A stretch of 24,794 nt of DNA from Dehalococcoidia bacterium (GCA_046758985.1 JBHIBI010000001.1:1-24794), one strand, 5' to 3'. Counted from the first letter of the stretch, positions 1 to 8,335 are shown. The notes: generated by a model from the sequence alone, not told the origin. Numbers and translations: made by a program.

Positions 1-506
1 GCCATGAAGGCGTTGAAGAGGAAGCCCGCCAGGCGCATCCACCAGGCCCCACGGGGGAAGGTGAGGGCGTAAAACCGGCGGGCATGCTGTGCCGAGGAGG
101 TCACCAGGCCCACCATGTCCGGGTAGCAGCAGATGACCCGGTCGAGAAGGACGATGTCCGCCTCGGCCACCTCCTGCCCACGCTGGGCGAAGTCCATGCG
201 TTGATAGACAACGGCGTCCTGAAGCCCTAGCTGCTCCGCCAGGGCTCTGGCAGCCTGGAGATAGGCTGGAGAGGCCTCGACTCCTACCGCCTTCCCCGCC
301 CCCGCCTTAAGCAGCTCCAGATGAAGGGCGCCGATCCCGAACCCAATCTCCAGCAGGCTGGAGCCCGCCAGATCCTGAGCTTTCAAGAAGTCCACCAGGA
401 GGCGCGCCCGCTTGTCCAGGCCCTTCTTCCAGTAGGCCTTCAGCTCCTTCCTGGCGTTAGCCTGGTCAAACATCTGGTCCAGGCCGTTGACGCTACAGCA
501 ATCCAC
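1..506 (-). CDS. Class I SAM-dependent methyltransferase (BchM-like family), 3' end runs off the window
   Basis: Not in ORF track. Manual translation from GTG at 506 (SD AAAGGGGG upstream): MDCCSVNGLDQMFDQANARKELKAYWKKGLDKRARLLVDFLKAQDLAGSSLLEIGFGIGALHLELLKAGAGKAVGVEASPAYL...ADIVLLDRVICCYPDM. SAM motif I LEIGFGIG; frame open to position 1. Confidence 0.85.
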   Translation of the reverse strand, partial: MDCCSVNGLDQMFDQANARKELKAYWKKGLDKRARLLVDFLKAQDLAGSSLLEIGFGIGALHLELLKAGAGKAVGVEASPAYLQAARALAEQLGLQDAVVYQRMDFAQRGQEVAEADIVLLDRVICCYPDMVGLVTSSAQHARRFYALTFPRGAWWMRLAGFLFNAFM

Positions 507-518
507 ACTTGCCCCCTT

Positions 519-1850
519 TTACAGGACGCCATCACGGCGCATGGCGGTGAGCGCCTCCTCGAAGGCGTCCACCGTCCGGTCGATGTCCCCCTCTCGGTGG
601 ACGGCGGAGACGATGTAGTTCCTGCCCCCCATACAGTCCACGCTAGCGTTAAGTAGGCTGCGCTTTAGGCCGCCCCCTATAGCGGGTACCCAGCCCTTGC
701 TCAAGTCCTGGTGAGCGAGGGTACAGAGCTCCCGGTCACAGTCGCAGTCACTCCCTAGGCTCAGGTGGACAATAGCGCCCACGCCATAAGCGTGGCCGGG
801 GACCTCCAGCTTCGCTAGCACCCCGTTGAACCCCTGCTTCAGACGCCGGGCCATGGCCTCGGCGTGGGCGTTGAGGGGCTGGGTGGCCAGCAGCTCCAAG
901 ACCCGGCTGCCTGCCACCCCCGAAAGGGGGTTGGCATTGAAGGTGCCGGGATGGCCTACCCGCCGCTGGCTGTCCCACTCGGGGTCGCCCCGGTGGGCTA
1001 TCATCTCCAGCACCTCGGCTTTCCCAGCGACGGCGCCCCCAGGCAGGCCGCCCCCCAGGATTTTGGCCAGGGCGGTCAGATCGGGGTGAACGCCAAAGCG
1101 GGCCTGGGCCCCGCCCTTGGAGGTACGGAAGCCCGTGACCACCTCGTCGAAGACCAACAGCACCCCGTAGCGTTGGGTAACCTCCCGCAAGGCCTGAAGA
1201 AAGCCAGACTGGAGGGGCAGCAAGCCCATGTGGCCTCCTGTGGGCTCCAGGATCACCGCTGCCACATCTCCATCTTCTTGCAACACGCGCTCCACAGCAG
1301 CGATGTCGTTGGGGGGCAGGACAAGGACCGTGCTCTGGGTAGCTTCGGGAACCCCCGCCAAGCTGCCCACGGCGGGGAGCACGTAGTCGTGCCAGCCGTG
1401 AAAGTGTTCCTGAAACTTGACCACCTTGCTCCGGCCGGTGAAGGCCCGCACCAGCCGCAGGGCCAGTAGGGTGGCCTCGGTGCCCGAGCTGACGAAGCGT
1501 ATCCGCTCCGCCGAGGGGATGAGAGCCTTCACCGCCTCGGCCCACCGCAGCTCCAGCTCCATGGGGCCGCCTAGGTGGGTGCCCTGGGCAACCTGTTGGG
1601 CCACCGCCTCCACTACCGCTGGGTGAGCGTGGCCGAGCATCAGGGCCCCGTGCCCCATGACGTAGTCCACGTACTCGTTGCCGTCCACGTCCCACTTCAG
1701 GGCACCCTGAGCATGGGTCAAGGAGACAGGGAAGGGCGTCACGTACCGGGTATCGTGGGTCACCCCGCCGGGGAAGAGTCCCCGGGCCCGTTCATAGAGG
1801 GCCGCCGACTTAGGGTGCTTGCGAACGTACTCGTCTACTATGCCACTCAT
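519..1850 (-). CDS. Class III PLP aminotransferase, glutamate-1-semialdehyde aminomutase-like paralog
   Basis: Motifs WDVDGNEYVDYVMGHG, FVSSGTEA, FDEVVTGFR, PLP lysine in ALAKILGGGLPGG, HPGTFNANP. Lacks the HemL N-terminal NSPVRAF motif (has GGVTHDTRY), so not called hemL. Confidence 0.85.
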   Translation of the reverse strand: MSGIVDEYVRKHPKSAALYERARGLFPGGVTHDTRYVTPFPVSLTHAQGALKWDVDGNEYVDYVMGHGALMLGHAHPAVVEAVAQQVAQGTHLGGPMELELRWAEAVKALIPSAERIRFVSSGTEATLLALRLVRAFTGRSKVVKFQEHFHGWHDYVLPAVGSLAGVPEATQSTVLVLPPNDIAAVERVLQEDGDVAAVILEPTGGHMGLLPLQSGFLQALREVTQRYGVLLVFDEVVTGFRTSKGGAQARFGVHPDLTALAKILGGGLPGGAVAGKAEVLEMIAHRGDPEWDSQRRVGHPGTFNANPLSGVAGSRVLELLATQPLNAHAEAMARRLKQGFNGVLAKLEVPGHAYGVGAIVHLSLGSDCDCDRELCTLAHQDLSKGWVPAIGGGLKRSLLNASVDCMGGRNYIVSAVHREGDIDRTVDAFEEALTAMRRDGVL

Positions 1851-1874
1851 GGCTCACTCCTGCCCAGTCCCCTC

Positions 1875-1903
1875 ATTGTCGCCGAAACACCGCCCTTTGC
1901 CAA
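1875..1903 (-). promoter_or_regulatory. Putative sigma70-type promoter for the aminotransferase-methyltransferase operon
   Basis: Minus strand TTGGCA-17 nt-GACAAT, about 25 nt upstream of the ATG at 1850. Confidence 0.45.
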
Positions 1904-2035
1904 GCCTCCCTCGTCGGCACCGCCCTGGCGCTCTCCGATGAAGAGATGTTGGAGGCCATATCGGCCCCCGGCCTGAAGTGCCGGGAGCTGCTGACAAGGG
2001 CTCACGCCCCTTGCGCAAGAAGGGCAAGGCCAGGG

Positions 2036-2041
2036 TATAAT
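2036..2041 (+). promoter_or_regulatory. Putative -10 element for ispH
   Basis: Perfect TATAAT about 50 nt upstream of ispH; the nearest TTG hexamer (TTGCGC, 2011) is 19 nt away, so the -35 is weak. Confidence 0.45.
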
Positions 2042-2089
2042 AGGGCTACATCGGGTAGCGATACCCAACACCAGCGCACCAAAGGGGGC

Positions 2090-3025
2090 ATGATGGAGGT
2101 GATCCTCAGCGCACCACGGGGCTTCTGTGCCGGCGTGGTGCGTGCCATCGAGGTGGTGGAGCTCTCCCTCCAGAGGTTCGGTGCCCCCGTTTATGTCAAG
2201 CACCAGATCGTGCACAACCCCTACGTGGTGGCCTCCCTGGAGCGCAAGGGGGCTATCACCGTGGAAGCCGTGGAGGAGATCCCCCCTGGCTCGGTGGTGG
2301 TCTTCTCCGCCCATGGGTCCCCGCCCGAGGACTACGAGAAGGCTAAAGCCCGCGGGCTGCGACTCATTGATGCCATCTGCCCCCTGGTGACCAGAGTGCA
2401 CAACGAGGCCCGGAAGTACTCTCACGAAGACCGAAGGCTCATTCTGATAGGACACCGGGGCCACCAAGAGGTGAAGGGTACCATGGGCCAGGCGTCTATG
2501 GCCCTGGTGGACGAGCACGAGGGAATCAGCCTTCCCGACTGGTCCGAGGAGACCCCAGTGACCGTCCTCACCCAGACCACCCTGTCGCTGGACGACACCT
2601 ACCGATCGGTGGAGGAGATCCAGCGACGCTTCCCCAACGTCATCGTGCGCAACGACATCTGCTACGCCACCACCAACCGCCAGGAGGCGGTCAAGCGGCT
2701 GGGCTCCATGGTGAACCTGGTGCTGGTCATCGGCGCTCAGAACAGCTCCAACTGTAACCGCCTCCAGGAGGTTGCCCAGGCCCAGGGCATCCCCGCCCAC
2801 CTCATCAACGGTCCCGAGGAGGTGCAAGAGGAGTGGCTGAAGGGCGTGAACAGGGTGGGCATCACCTCGGGTGCCTCCACCCCTGAGGTGCTGGTGGAGG
2901 CAGTGATCAACCGGCTGGCCCCAGAGCAGGTCTCCACCCTGGAGGGCGTGGAGGAGAACATCACCTTCGTCCTCCCCCAGGAGCTCCGCGACATGGGCCA
3001 GCCCCGCCGCAGCTACACCTGGTAA
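2090..3025 (+). CDS. ispH: 4-hydroxy-3-methylbut-2-enyl diphosphate reductase (LytB/IspH)
   Basis: PRGFCAGVVRAI, HQIVHN, FSAHG, DAICPLV, NDICYATTNRQ, NSSNCNRL, GITSGASTPE; three cluster Cys present. Start is 2090 or 2093 after SD AAAGGGGG; the ORF-track start at 1946 is overextended. Confidence 0.97.
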   Translation: MMEVILSAPRGFCAGVVRAIEVVELSLQRFGAPVYVKHQIVHNPYVVASLERKGAITVEAVEEIPPGSVVVFSAHGSPPEDYEKAKARGLRLIDAICPLVTRVHNEARKYSHEDRRLILIGHRGHQEVKGTMGQASMALVDEHEGISLPDWSEETPVTVLTQTTLSLDDTYRSVEEIQRRFPNVIVRNDICYATTNRQEAVKRLGSMVNLVLVIGAQNSSNCNRLQEVAQAQGIPAHLINGPEEVQEEWLKGVNRVGITSGASTPEVLVEAVINRLAPEQVSTLEGVEENITFVLPQELRDMGQPRRSYTW

Positions 3026-3057
3026 GGTCCACCTGACTCTTCTGCCTCGGGCGACGC

Positions 3058-3834
3058 CTACACGAACAGGCCGGTGATGGTGCTGCCCAGCCCGCCGATG
3101 GTGAGCCAGTAGTACACGATGAAAGCGCCCGCCAGCAGGAGCAGCCCCGCGCTTACCCGGTCAAGGACGGGCAGCAGCGTACGCATGTAGCCGGCAACCG
3201 TCTCCTTGAAGAGGGCCGTCCCGATGGTCAGGACCGTAAGCACCAGGCCCATGCCCAGGGCATAGCTGATGAACTGGTAGAAGCCCAGCAAAAGCCCCCC
3301 AGCAGCCAGGGAGCTGCCCACCACCACCAGGAAAATGGGCAGGGTGCAGCTCAGGGAGGCTACGGCATAGGTGATGCCGAAGAGGAAGAAGGAGCGCACC
3401 CCACCCCTGGCCGGGGTATCCAGCCGGGCCGCCAGGCGCGCCGCAACTCCCGAGTACACCTTCTTACCCCTCAGCAGCAGAAGGCCCATGCCGATGAGCC
3501 CCACGCCGATGAGCAGGGCTATCCAGGGCACAATTTGAATGATGAGACGCCCTCCGGAGGCGATCGCGATGCCGACGATACCGAAGAGGATAACAAAACC
3601 CATGGTCACCACCAGGGAGATGAGCACCGCCCGCGAGAAGCGCTCCAGGATGGTGCCCTCAGGGTTCCCTGGGTTGCCACGAAGAAAGAGGGCCAGGTAG
3701 GCCGGCAGGAGGGCAAAGCCGCAGGGGTTGACCGTGCTCACCATCCCCGCCGCAAAGGCGAAGCTGATGGGCAGGATGACCACCAGCGAGCTCAGCCAGC
3801 CCTCCGCCAGAAGCTGGATATCGAGAGGGTTCAC
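3058..3834 (-). CDS. ccdA: Cytochrome c biogenesis / thiol-disulfide transporter CcdA (DsbD beta-like)
   Basis: Multi-TM protein with two redox Cys in VNPCGFALLPAYL and ASLSCTLPIFL. Confidence 0.88.
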   Translation of the reverse strand: MNPLDIQLLAEGWLSSLVVILPISFAFAAGMVSTVNPCGFALLPAYLALFLRGNPGNPEGTILERFSRAVLISLVVTMGFVILFGIVGIAIASGGRLIIQIVPWIALLIGVGLIGMGLLLLRGKKVYSGVAARLAARLDTPARGGVRSFFLFGITYAVASLSCTLPIFLVVVGSSLAAGGLLLGFYQFISYALGMGLVLTVLTIGTALFKETVAGYMRTLLPVLDRVSAGLLLLAGAFIVYYWLTIGGLGSTITGLFV

Positions 3835-3906
3835 AACGCTCCTAGGTCTCTCTCCAGAAAACGCAGGCTACCTCGGAAGCCTCCCCGCAGTCCACCATCT
3901 ATTCCT

Positions 3907-3915
3907 ATTATAGCA
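3907..3915 (-). promoter_or_regulatory. Extended -10 promoter for ccdA
   Basis: Minus strand TGCTATAAT about 70 nt upstream of the start at 3834. Confidence 0.55.
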
Positions 3916-3993
3916 ACCCGAGGTCACAGCACACACCTCGCCTTTCACTCAGTTGGATGCGGCACATCAGTAGAGGGTTGCACCCCACCTCCC

Positions 3994-4022
3994 TTGACAA
4001 GGCCTCCTCATCGCCCTATAAT
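3994..4022 (+). promoter_or_regulatory. Consensus sigma70 promoter of the btu operon
   Basis: TTGACA (3994-3999), 17 nt, TATAAT (4017-4022), directly upstream of the riboswitch. Confidence 0.85.
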
Positions 4023-4045
4023 GCGCCGCACAGCAAAGCAATGAC

Positions 4046-4180
4046 CCTTGCGGGGGTGCTCCAACGGGTTAAAAGCGAAGTCCGGTGCGAATCCGGCGCT
4101 GTCCCGCAACTGTGATGCCGCCCTAGGCGGATGAGCCAGGTCGCCTGCCCCCGCCGGTGTCGAAGCCTTCGAGGAAAGGC
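4046..4180 (+). ncRNA. Cobalamin (B12) riboswitch, compact type
   Basis: GGTGCT...TTAAAAGCGAAGTCCGGTGCGAATCCGGCGCTGTCCCGCAACTGT...GAGCCAGG core; P1 GCGGGGG (4050-4056) with CCCCCGC (4148-4154); short P6; downstream GCCTTCGAGGAAAGGC hairpin; precedes a Btu-type ABC transporter. Confidence 0.95.
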
Positions 4181-4205
4181 GCAGGCACAGCGGTGCCAAC
4201 CACGA

Positions 4206-4234
4206 CCCTGCTCCTACTCGGGGCAGGGCTTTTT
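4206..4234 (+). terminator. Intrinsic terminator forming the riboswitch expression platform
   Basis: CCCTGCTCC-tactc-GGGGCAGGG followed by CTTTTT. Confidence 0.8.
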
Positions 4235-4328
4235 CGTGTGCACCGTCTGGCAAGAGGCCCCGTGCCCGCCTGCGGCGTGCCGGAGCCCTTTCCTGAGCCT
4301 GCCCTCTCGAGAGAAGGGAGGGTATCGC

Positions 4329-5240
4329 ATGACCGGCTCCGTTCCACGGTACGCCCTGGCACTCCTGGCCCTGCTTCTGGGGCTCAGCCTTGCCTGTAGG
4401 CTGGCCGCTCCAAGCCCTCCGCAGGCCACCTTCCCCCTGCGTGTCACCGATAGCAGGGGAAGAGAGATCCTCATCGCTGAGCCGCCCCAGCGGATCATCG
4501 CCTTCGATGCCGCCGCCATCGAGACCCTCTTCGCCACCGGCGCAGGGGACCGGGTGGTAGGCACTCACGCCTTCGTCTCCTACCCTCCAGAGGTAGCCCA
4601 CATCCCCAAGGTGGGCGACGCCTTCAACATCGACCTGGAGGCGGTGGCCGCACTGGAGCCCGACCTGTTCTACATCTTCTTCGACCGCTTCATCCCCGAG
4701 ATGGAGCAACTGGGCATCACCGTGCTCTACCTAGCGGCCCCGGAGGACCTGGAGGCCATCTACGAGCGCATCCGGCTGTGGGGCGACATTGTGGGCCACA
4801 CTGCCGAGGCGGAGGTGGTGGTGAAAAGGATGCAACGGGAGCTTGACGACCTCCAAAGGAGCCTACCTCCGGTCGTGCGGGGGCGAGGGCCGGGGATCAG
4901 GGTGTTTCACGAGGTTGGTGAGCTGTGGACTACCGGCCCTGACACCTTCGTCGGCAGGCTGTACCCACTCCTCAAAGCCTACACCATCGCCGACATCGAG
5001 GGCTGGGGCCAGCTCAGTGCCGAGCAGGTGGTGGAGGCCAACCCGGCGGTCATCATCACCACCTACCCTGAGGGTCCCCAGGCCATCAGAGACATCCCCG
5101 CTTTCCAGTCCCTCTCGGCGGTGAAGGCTGGCCGGGTATACGCCGTGGATGGCTCCCTGCTCAGCATCCCGGGACCCCGCATCGTGGAGGGGCTGAAGGA
5201 GCTGGCCCGGCTCCTCTGGCCGGAGTCGCGCTATGACTGA
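4329..5240 (+). CDS. btuF: Cobalamin ABC transporter substrate-binding lipoprotein
   Basis: Start ATG 4329 after SD GGGAGG; lipobox LSLAC; FPLRVTDSRGRE, PPQRII, LEAVAALEPDL, PGPRIVEGL motifs of class III metal-chelate SBPs; B12 riboswitch upstream. Confidence 0.9.
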   Translation: MTGSVPRYALALLALLLGLSLACRLAAPSPPQATFPLRVTDSRGREILIAEPPQRIIAFDAAAIETLFATGAGDRVVGTHAFVSYPPEVAHIPKVGDAFNIDLEAVAALEPDLFYIFFDRFIPEMEQLGITVLYLAAPEDLEAIYERIRLWGDIVGHTAEAEVVVKRMQRELDDLQRSLPPVVRGRGPGIRVFHEVGELWTTGPDTFVGRLYPLLKAYTIADIEGWGQLSAEQVVEANPAVIITTYPEGPQAIRDIPAFQSLSAVKAGRVYAVDGSLLSIPGPRIVEGLKELARLLWPESRYD

Positions 5241-5424
5241 GCCGGTCCTGCTCTCCTGGAACGGTGAGTTCCACTCCTTTGTCTACGATGGGCCCATCTT
5301 CAAGGAGCAGGTCGAGCATCGGGTAGGCGAAGTGGTGCTGCGGGACGGCTTCTACTTCTGCGACCTGACGGCTGGATGGGAAAAGAAGGAGGTGCCAGAT
5401 GGTGCGACTCCTCTCCCTGCATAG
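5233..5424 (+). CDS. Small hypothetical protein (63 aa) inside the btu operon
   Basis: SD GGAG at 5222-5225; ATG overlaps the btuF end by 8 nt; strong GC3 codon bias over the first ~45 codons; fills the btuF-btuC gap exactly. Confidence 0.7.
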   Translation: MTEPVLLSWNGEFHSFVYDGPIFKEQVEHRVGEVVLRDGFYFCDLTAGWEKKEVPDGATPLPA

Positions 5425-6490
5425 CCAGGCATCCCTCGCCGAGAATGCGGCCATCCCCCGTTTGCCGGGCTACCCATGGCACCGCTTGGTGGTGGGCCTG
5501 ACACTGCTGGGGGTGCTAGGCCTGGTGGCGGCCTCCTTCGGCTCCGTAGCCATCCCCCAGGGTACCCTGCTGAAGATCGTAGCTGCCCGGCTGCCCTTCC
5601 TCGACCTGGCCCCCGACTGGCCCGCCAGTTGGGAGACCATCGTCTGGCAGCTCCGGCTGCCCCGGCTGGTGCTGGCGGCCCTGGTGGGGGCCTCCCTGGC
5701 CAGCGCCGGGGCCACCTACCAGGGGCTGTTTCGCAACCCCCTGGCCGATCCCTACCTCATCGGGGTGGCCGCGGGGGCGGGCCTGGGGGCCACCGTGGTG
5801 CTGGTCACCCCGGTGCCCCTGTACCTGGGCGGGGTGAGCCTGCTGCCCCTGGCCGCCTTCGGGGGGGCACTGGCGGCAGTGAGCATAGCCTACACCCTGG
5901 CACGCCAGGGCGGGACCATTCCCCTCACCAGCCTCATCCTAGCGGGCGTGGCCATCGCCGCCCTGGCGGGGGCCATCACCAGCCTGCTGATGATCCGCAG
6001 CGACCCCGACATCCGCCCCCTGCTAGGATGGCTCATGGGTGGGTTCGCCACCAGCCACTGGGAGCAGGCCTTGATGGTGCTGCCCTACGTTCTCCCCAGC
6101 CTGCTGGTGATGCTGGCCTACAGCCGCATCCTCAACCTGCTGCAACTGGATGAAGAGCAGGCCAAGCAGCTTGGCGTCCACGTGGAGCGGACCAAGCTGG
6201 TACTCATCGTGGCAGCCTCGCTGGCCACCGCCGCTGCCGTCTCGGTCAGCGGACTCATCGGCTTCGTGGGGCTCCTGGCTCCCCACGCCGTGCGGCTGGT
6301 CTGGGGGCCAGACCACCGGTTCCTGCTGCCCATGGCCATGCTGGTGGGGGCCGGTTTCCTGGTGCTGGCCGACCTGGCGGCCCGCACTGTGGTCAGCCCT
6401 GGCGAGCTACCCGTGGGCGTGGTCACCGCCTTCTGCGGCGTGCCCTTCTTCCTGTACCTGCTGCGAGCGACTCGCCAGAGGGTCGCCTGA
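5399..6490 (+). CDS. btuC: FecCD/BtuC-family ABC permease
   Basis: SD AAGGAGGTG; LRLPRLVLAALVG, FRNPLADPYLIG, EEQAKQLGV, GLIGFVGLLAPH, GELPVGVVTAFCG. Confidence 0.93.
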   Translation: MVRLLSLHSQASLAENAAIPRLPGYPWHRLVVGLTLLGVLGLVAASFGSVAIPQGTLLKIVAARLPFLDLAPDWPASWETIVWQLRLPRLVLAALVGASLASAGATYQGLFRNPLADPYLIGVAAGAGLGATVVLVTPVPLYLGGVSLLPLAAFGGALAAVSIAYTLARQGGTIPLTSLILAGVAIAALAGAITSLLMIRSDPDIRPLLGWLMGGFATSHWEQALMVLPYVLPSLLVMLAYSRILNLLQLDEEQAKQLGVHVERTKLVLIVAASLATAAAVSVSGLIGFVGLLAPHAVRLVWGPDHRFLLPMAMLVGAGFLVLADLAARTVVSPGELPVGVVTAFCGVPFFLYLLRATRQRVA

Positions 6491-6503
6491 GATGGGAGGG
6501 ATG

Positions 6504-7301
6504 ATGCTTGCGATACGAGGGGTGCACTTGAGCTACAATGGTCGCCCGGTGCTCCAGGGGGTGAGCCTGGAGGTGGAGCGCGGTGAGCTGGTAGGGCTGG
6601 TGGGGCCCAACGGCGCGGGCAAGACCACGCTGCTGAGGACCATCAGCGGGGTACTGCGAGCCCAGAGGGGCAACATCACCCTAGGCGGCCAGAGGCTTGC
6701 CGCCCTGGCCCCCCGAGAGCGGGCGCGGCTGGTGGCAGTGGTCTCCCAGAACCCTGCCATCGCTCCTGGCTTCACCGCCCTGGAGCTGGTGCTCATGGGC
6801 CGCAACCCCCACCTGGGGCTCCTCCAGTGGGAGGGCCCCCGGGACCTGGCAGCCGCCCGGCGGGCCATGGAGCTGACGGACACCTGGGAGTTGGCAAAGC
6901 GCCAGGTCGTCACCCTCTCCGGCGGCGAGCGGCAGCGGGTCTTCATGGCCCGCGCCCTGGCCCAGAAAACACCCCTCCTGCTGCTGGACGAGCCCACAGC
7001 CCACCTGGACATCGCTTACCAAGCGGCACTGTTCGACCTGGTGCAGGAGGTGCGGGCCCAGACGGGTATCACTGTACTGGCGGCCATTCACGACCTGACC
7101 CTGGCGGGCCAGTACTGCGACCGCATCGGCGCCCTGCATCAAGGCCGCATCGTCGCCCTGGGGCGCCCGCGTGAGGTGCTCACCCCCCAGACCATCGCCA
7201 CCGTCTTCGGGGCCCAGGTGGCCATCGTCTCCCACCCCGTGGCGGGCAGCCCTGCCGTGTTGCCCGTGGGACGCATGTGGAACCAGCAGGGGCACCTGTG
7301 A
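6504..7301 (+). CDS. btuD: Cobalamin/iron-chelate ABC ATPase
   Basis: Walker A GPNGAGKTT, signature LSGGERQR, Walker B LLLLDEPT, H-loop AIHDL. Start 6504 fits SD GGGAGG best (alternatives 6501, 6492). Confidence 0.93.
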   Translation: MLAIRGVHLSYNGRPVLQGVSLEVERGELVGLVGPNGAGKTTLLRTISGVLRAQRGNITLGGQRLAALAPRERARLVAVVSQNPAIAPGFTALELVLMGRNPHLGLLQWEGPRDLAAARRAMELTDTWELAKRQVVTLSGGERQRVFMARALAQKTPLLLLDEPTAHLDIAYQAALFDLVQEVRAQTGITVLAAIHDLTLAGQYCDRIGALHQGRIVALGRPREVLTPQTIATVFGAQVAIVSHPVAGSPAVLPVGRMWNQQGHL

Positions 7302-7383
7302 GGACCTGGAGCTTTCTGCCCGCGCTGCCTGGCGCCAGCCTTCGCTTTGACACCCCCCTGCTGGCCCGGCTCAAGTAGTGGCC

Positions 7384-7488
7384 CTAGGAGGTGGGAGATC
7401 CTAAGAGAATATCCTCCCCCTCGACCAGTTTCATCTCCCCTGGGGCGAGCTCTCCAGTGGTAGACACCTTGACGAACTCCTTGGGCAT
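7384..7488 (-). pseudogene. 5' remnant of a Rieske-type [2Fe-2S] ferredoxin
   Basis: SD TAGGAGG then MPKEFVKVSTTGELAPGEMKLVEGEDILL, typical of the N-terminus of small Rieske ferredoxins, followed by GSPTS-stop. No CxH or CxxH ligand motif found downstream. Confidence 0.7.
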
Positions 7489-7577
7489 GGTGCCTCCTAA
7501 GGAAGTCAACATCCTAGCTGCCGCCGGGGAAAAGGTCTTTAAGTCCGTTGATACCCATAGACTTACGACCAAACCCC

Positions 7578-7585
7578 ATTATAAT
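7578..7585. promoter_or_regulatory. Palindromic ATTATAAT giving TATAAT on both strands
   Basis: Plus-strand TATAAT 7580-7585 (TAGACT 16 nt upstream) faces the LuxR gene; minus-strand TATAAT 7583-7578 faces the Rieske remnant. Confidence 0.45.
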
Positions 7586-7648
7586 TGACCTACAGGCATG
7601 TGAGAGGGCGGACAGAGGAAGCACCACAGTGGCCTGTGAGCGTAGGGA

Positions 7649-8335
7649 ATGAAGCTCCTCTTCGTGGGAAGCGACCCGCAGCTTGTGCAACGGCTCACCG
7701 AGGCGCTGGCACAGGCAACAGACCTGAACTTGCAGCGTGGATCGAGGAGTGCCGAGCAGATAGTCAGCGGGCTCCGCGCAAGTCCGGATATGCTGCTCCT
7801 CGAGCTTACCCTTGTCGATGCCTCCATGGTCCAGGAGATCCGCAGGCTTCGCCGGATGGTGGACCTGCCTCCCCTCATCGCCCTCTGCCCCCAGGTAGAT
7901 GAACGGCATCTGTGGGTAGCTGTGAGTTTGGGTGTTGCCGCTTGCCTCCCTCAGGATACGCCTCCAGAGTTTCTCATCAGCACCATCCGGCACGTAGCCC
8001 AGGGAGAGCACCCCATCGACTACCTGATTCTCCAGCACGCGGACCTGGCCTCCTCCCTTCTGCAGCAGCTTCGGGAGCTCCCCCTCGCTCCTCCGCTGGA
8101 GTCAGTGGAGTGCCCCCTCTCACCCCGAGAGCTGGAGATTCTCCGGCAGGTGGCCCAAGGGCGGTCCAACAGCCAGATCGCCAGTGCGCTGGCAGTACAG
8201 GAACAGACGGTAAAGAACTACGTCTCGGCGATCATGCGGAGGCTGGATGCCCCCAACAGGACGTACGCTGTGGCCATCGCCCTGCAAAACGGCTGGCTCA
8301 ACCTTGTCCCACGGGTGAGGCCTCCACGCGGCTAG
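7649..8335 (+). CDS. NarL/LuxR-family regulator with degenerate (pseudo-)receiver domain
   Basis: C-terminal HTH LSPRELEILRQVAQGRSNSQIA...TVKNYVSAIMRRL; receiver has PDMLLLEL (Asp to Glu), VGSD, LIALC and ACLPQD. Confidence 0.9.
   Translation: MKLLFVGSDPQLVQRLTEALAQATDLNLQRGSRSAEQIVSGLRASPDMLLLELTLVDASMVQEIRRLRRMVDLPPLIALCPQVDERHLWVAVSLGVAACLPQDTPPEFLISTIRHVAQGEHPIDYLILQHADLASSLLQQLRELPLAPPLESVECPLSPRELEILRQVAQGRSNSQIASALAVQEQTVKNYVSAIMRRLDAPNRTYAVAIALQNGWLNLVPRVRPPRG

Noticed and set aside
1-506. bchM (phototrophy) call for the first methyltransferase
   Set aside because: Only family-level resemblance, and no other bch or chl genes in the window.
519-1850. hemL call
   Set aside because: Lacks the NSPVRAF motif and has no hem gene neighbours.
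321-1976. Several long overlapping ORFs (321-656+, 748-1695-, 864-1469+, 1575-1976+)
   Set aside because: Shadow frames of the methyltransferase and aminotransferase in high-GC DNA; Arg/Gly/Pro-rich with no motifs.
3058-3834. ccdA without an adjacent thioredoxin-like gene
   Set aside because: Orphan ccdA genes are common and the partner can be encoded elsewhere.
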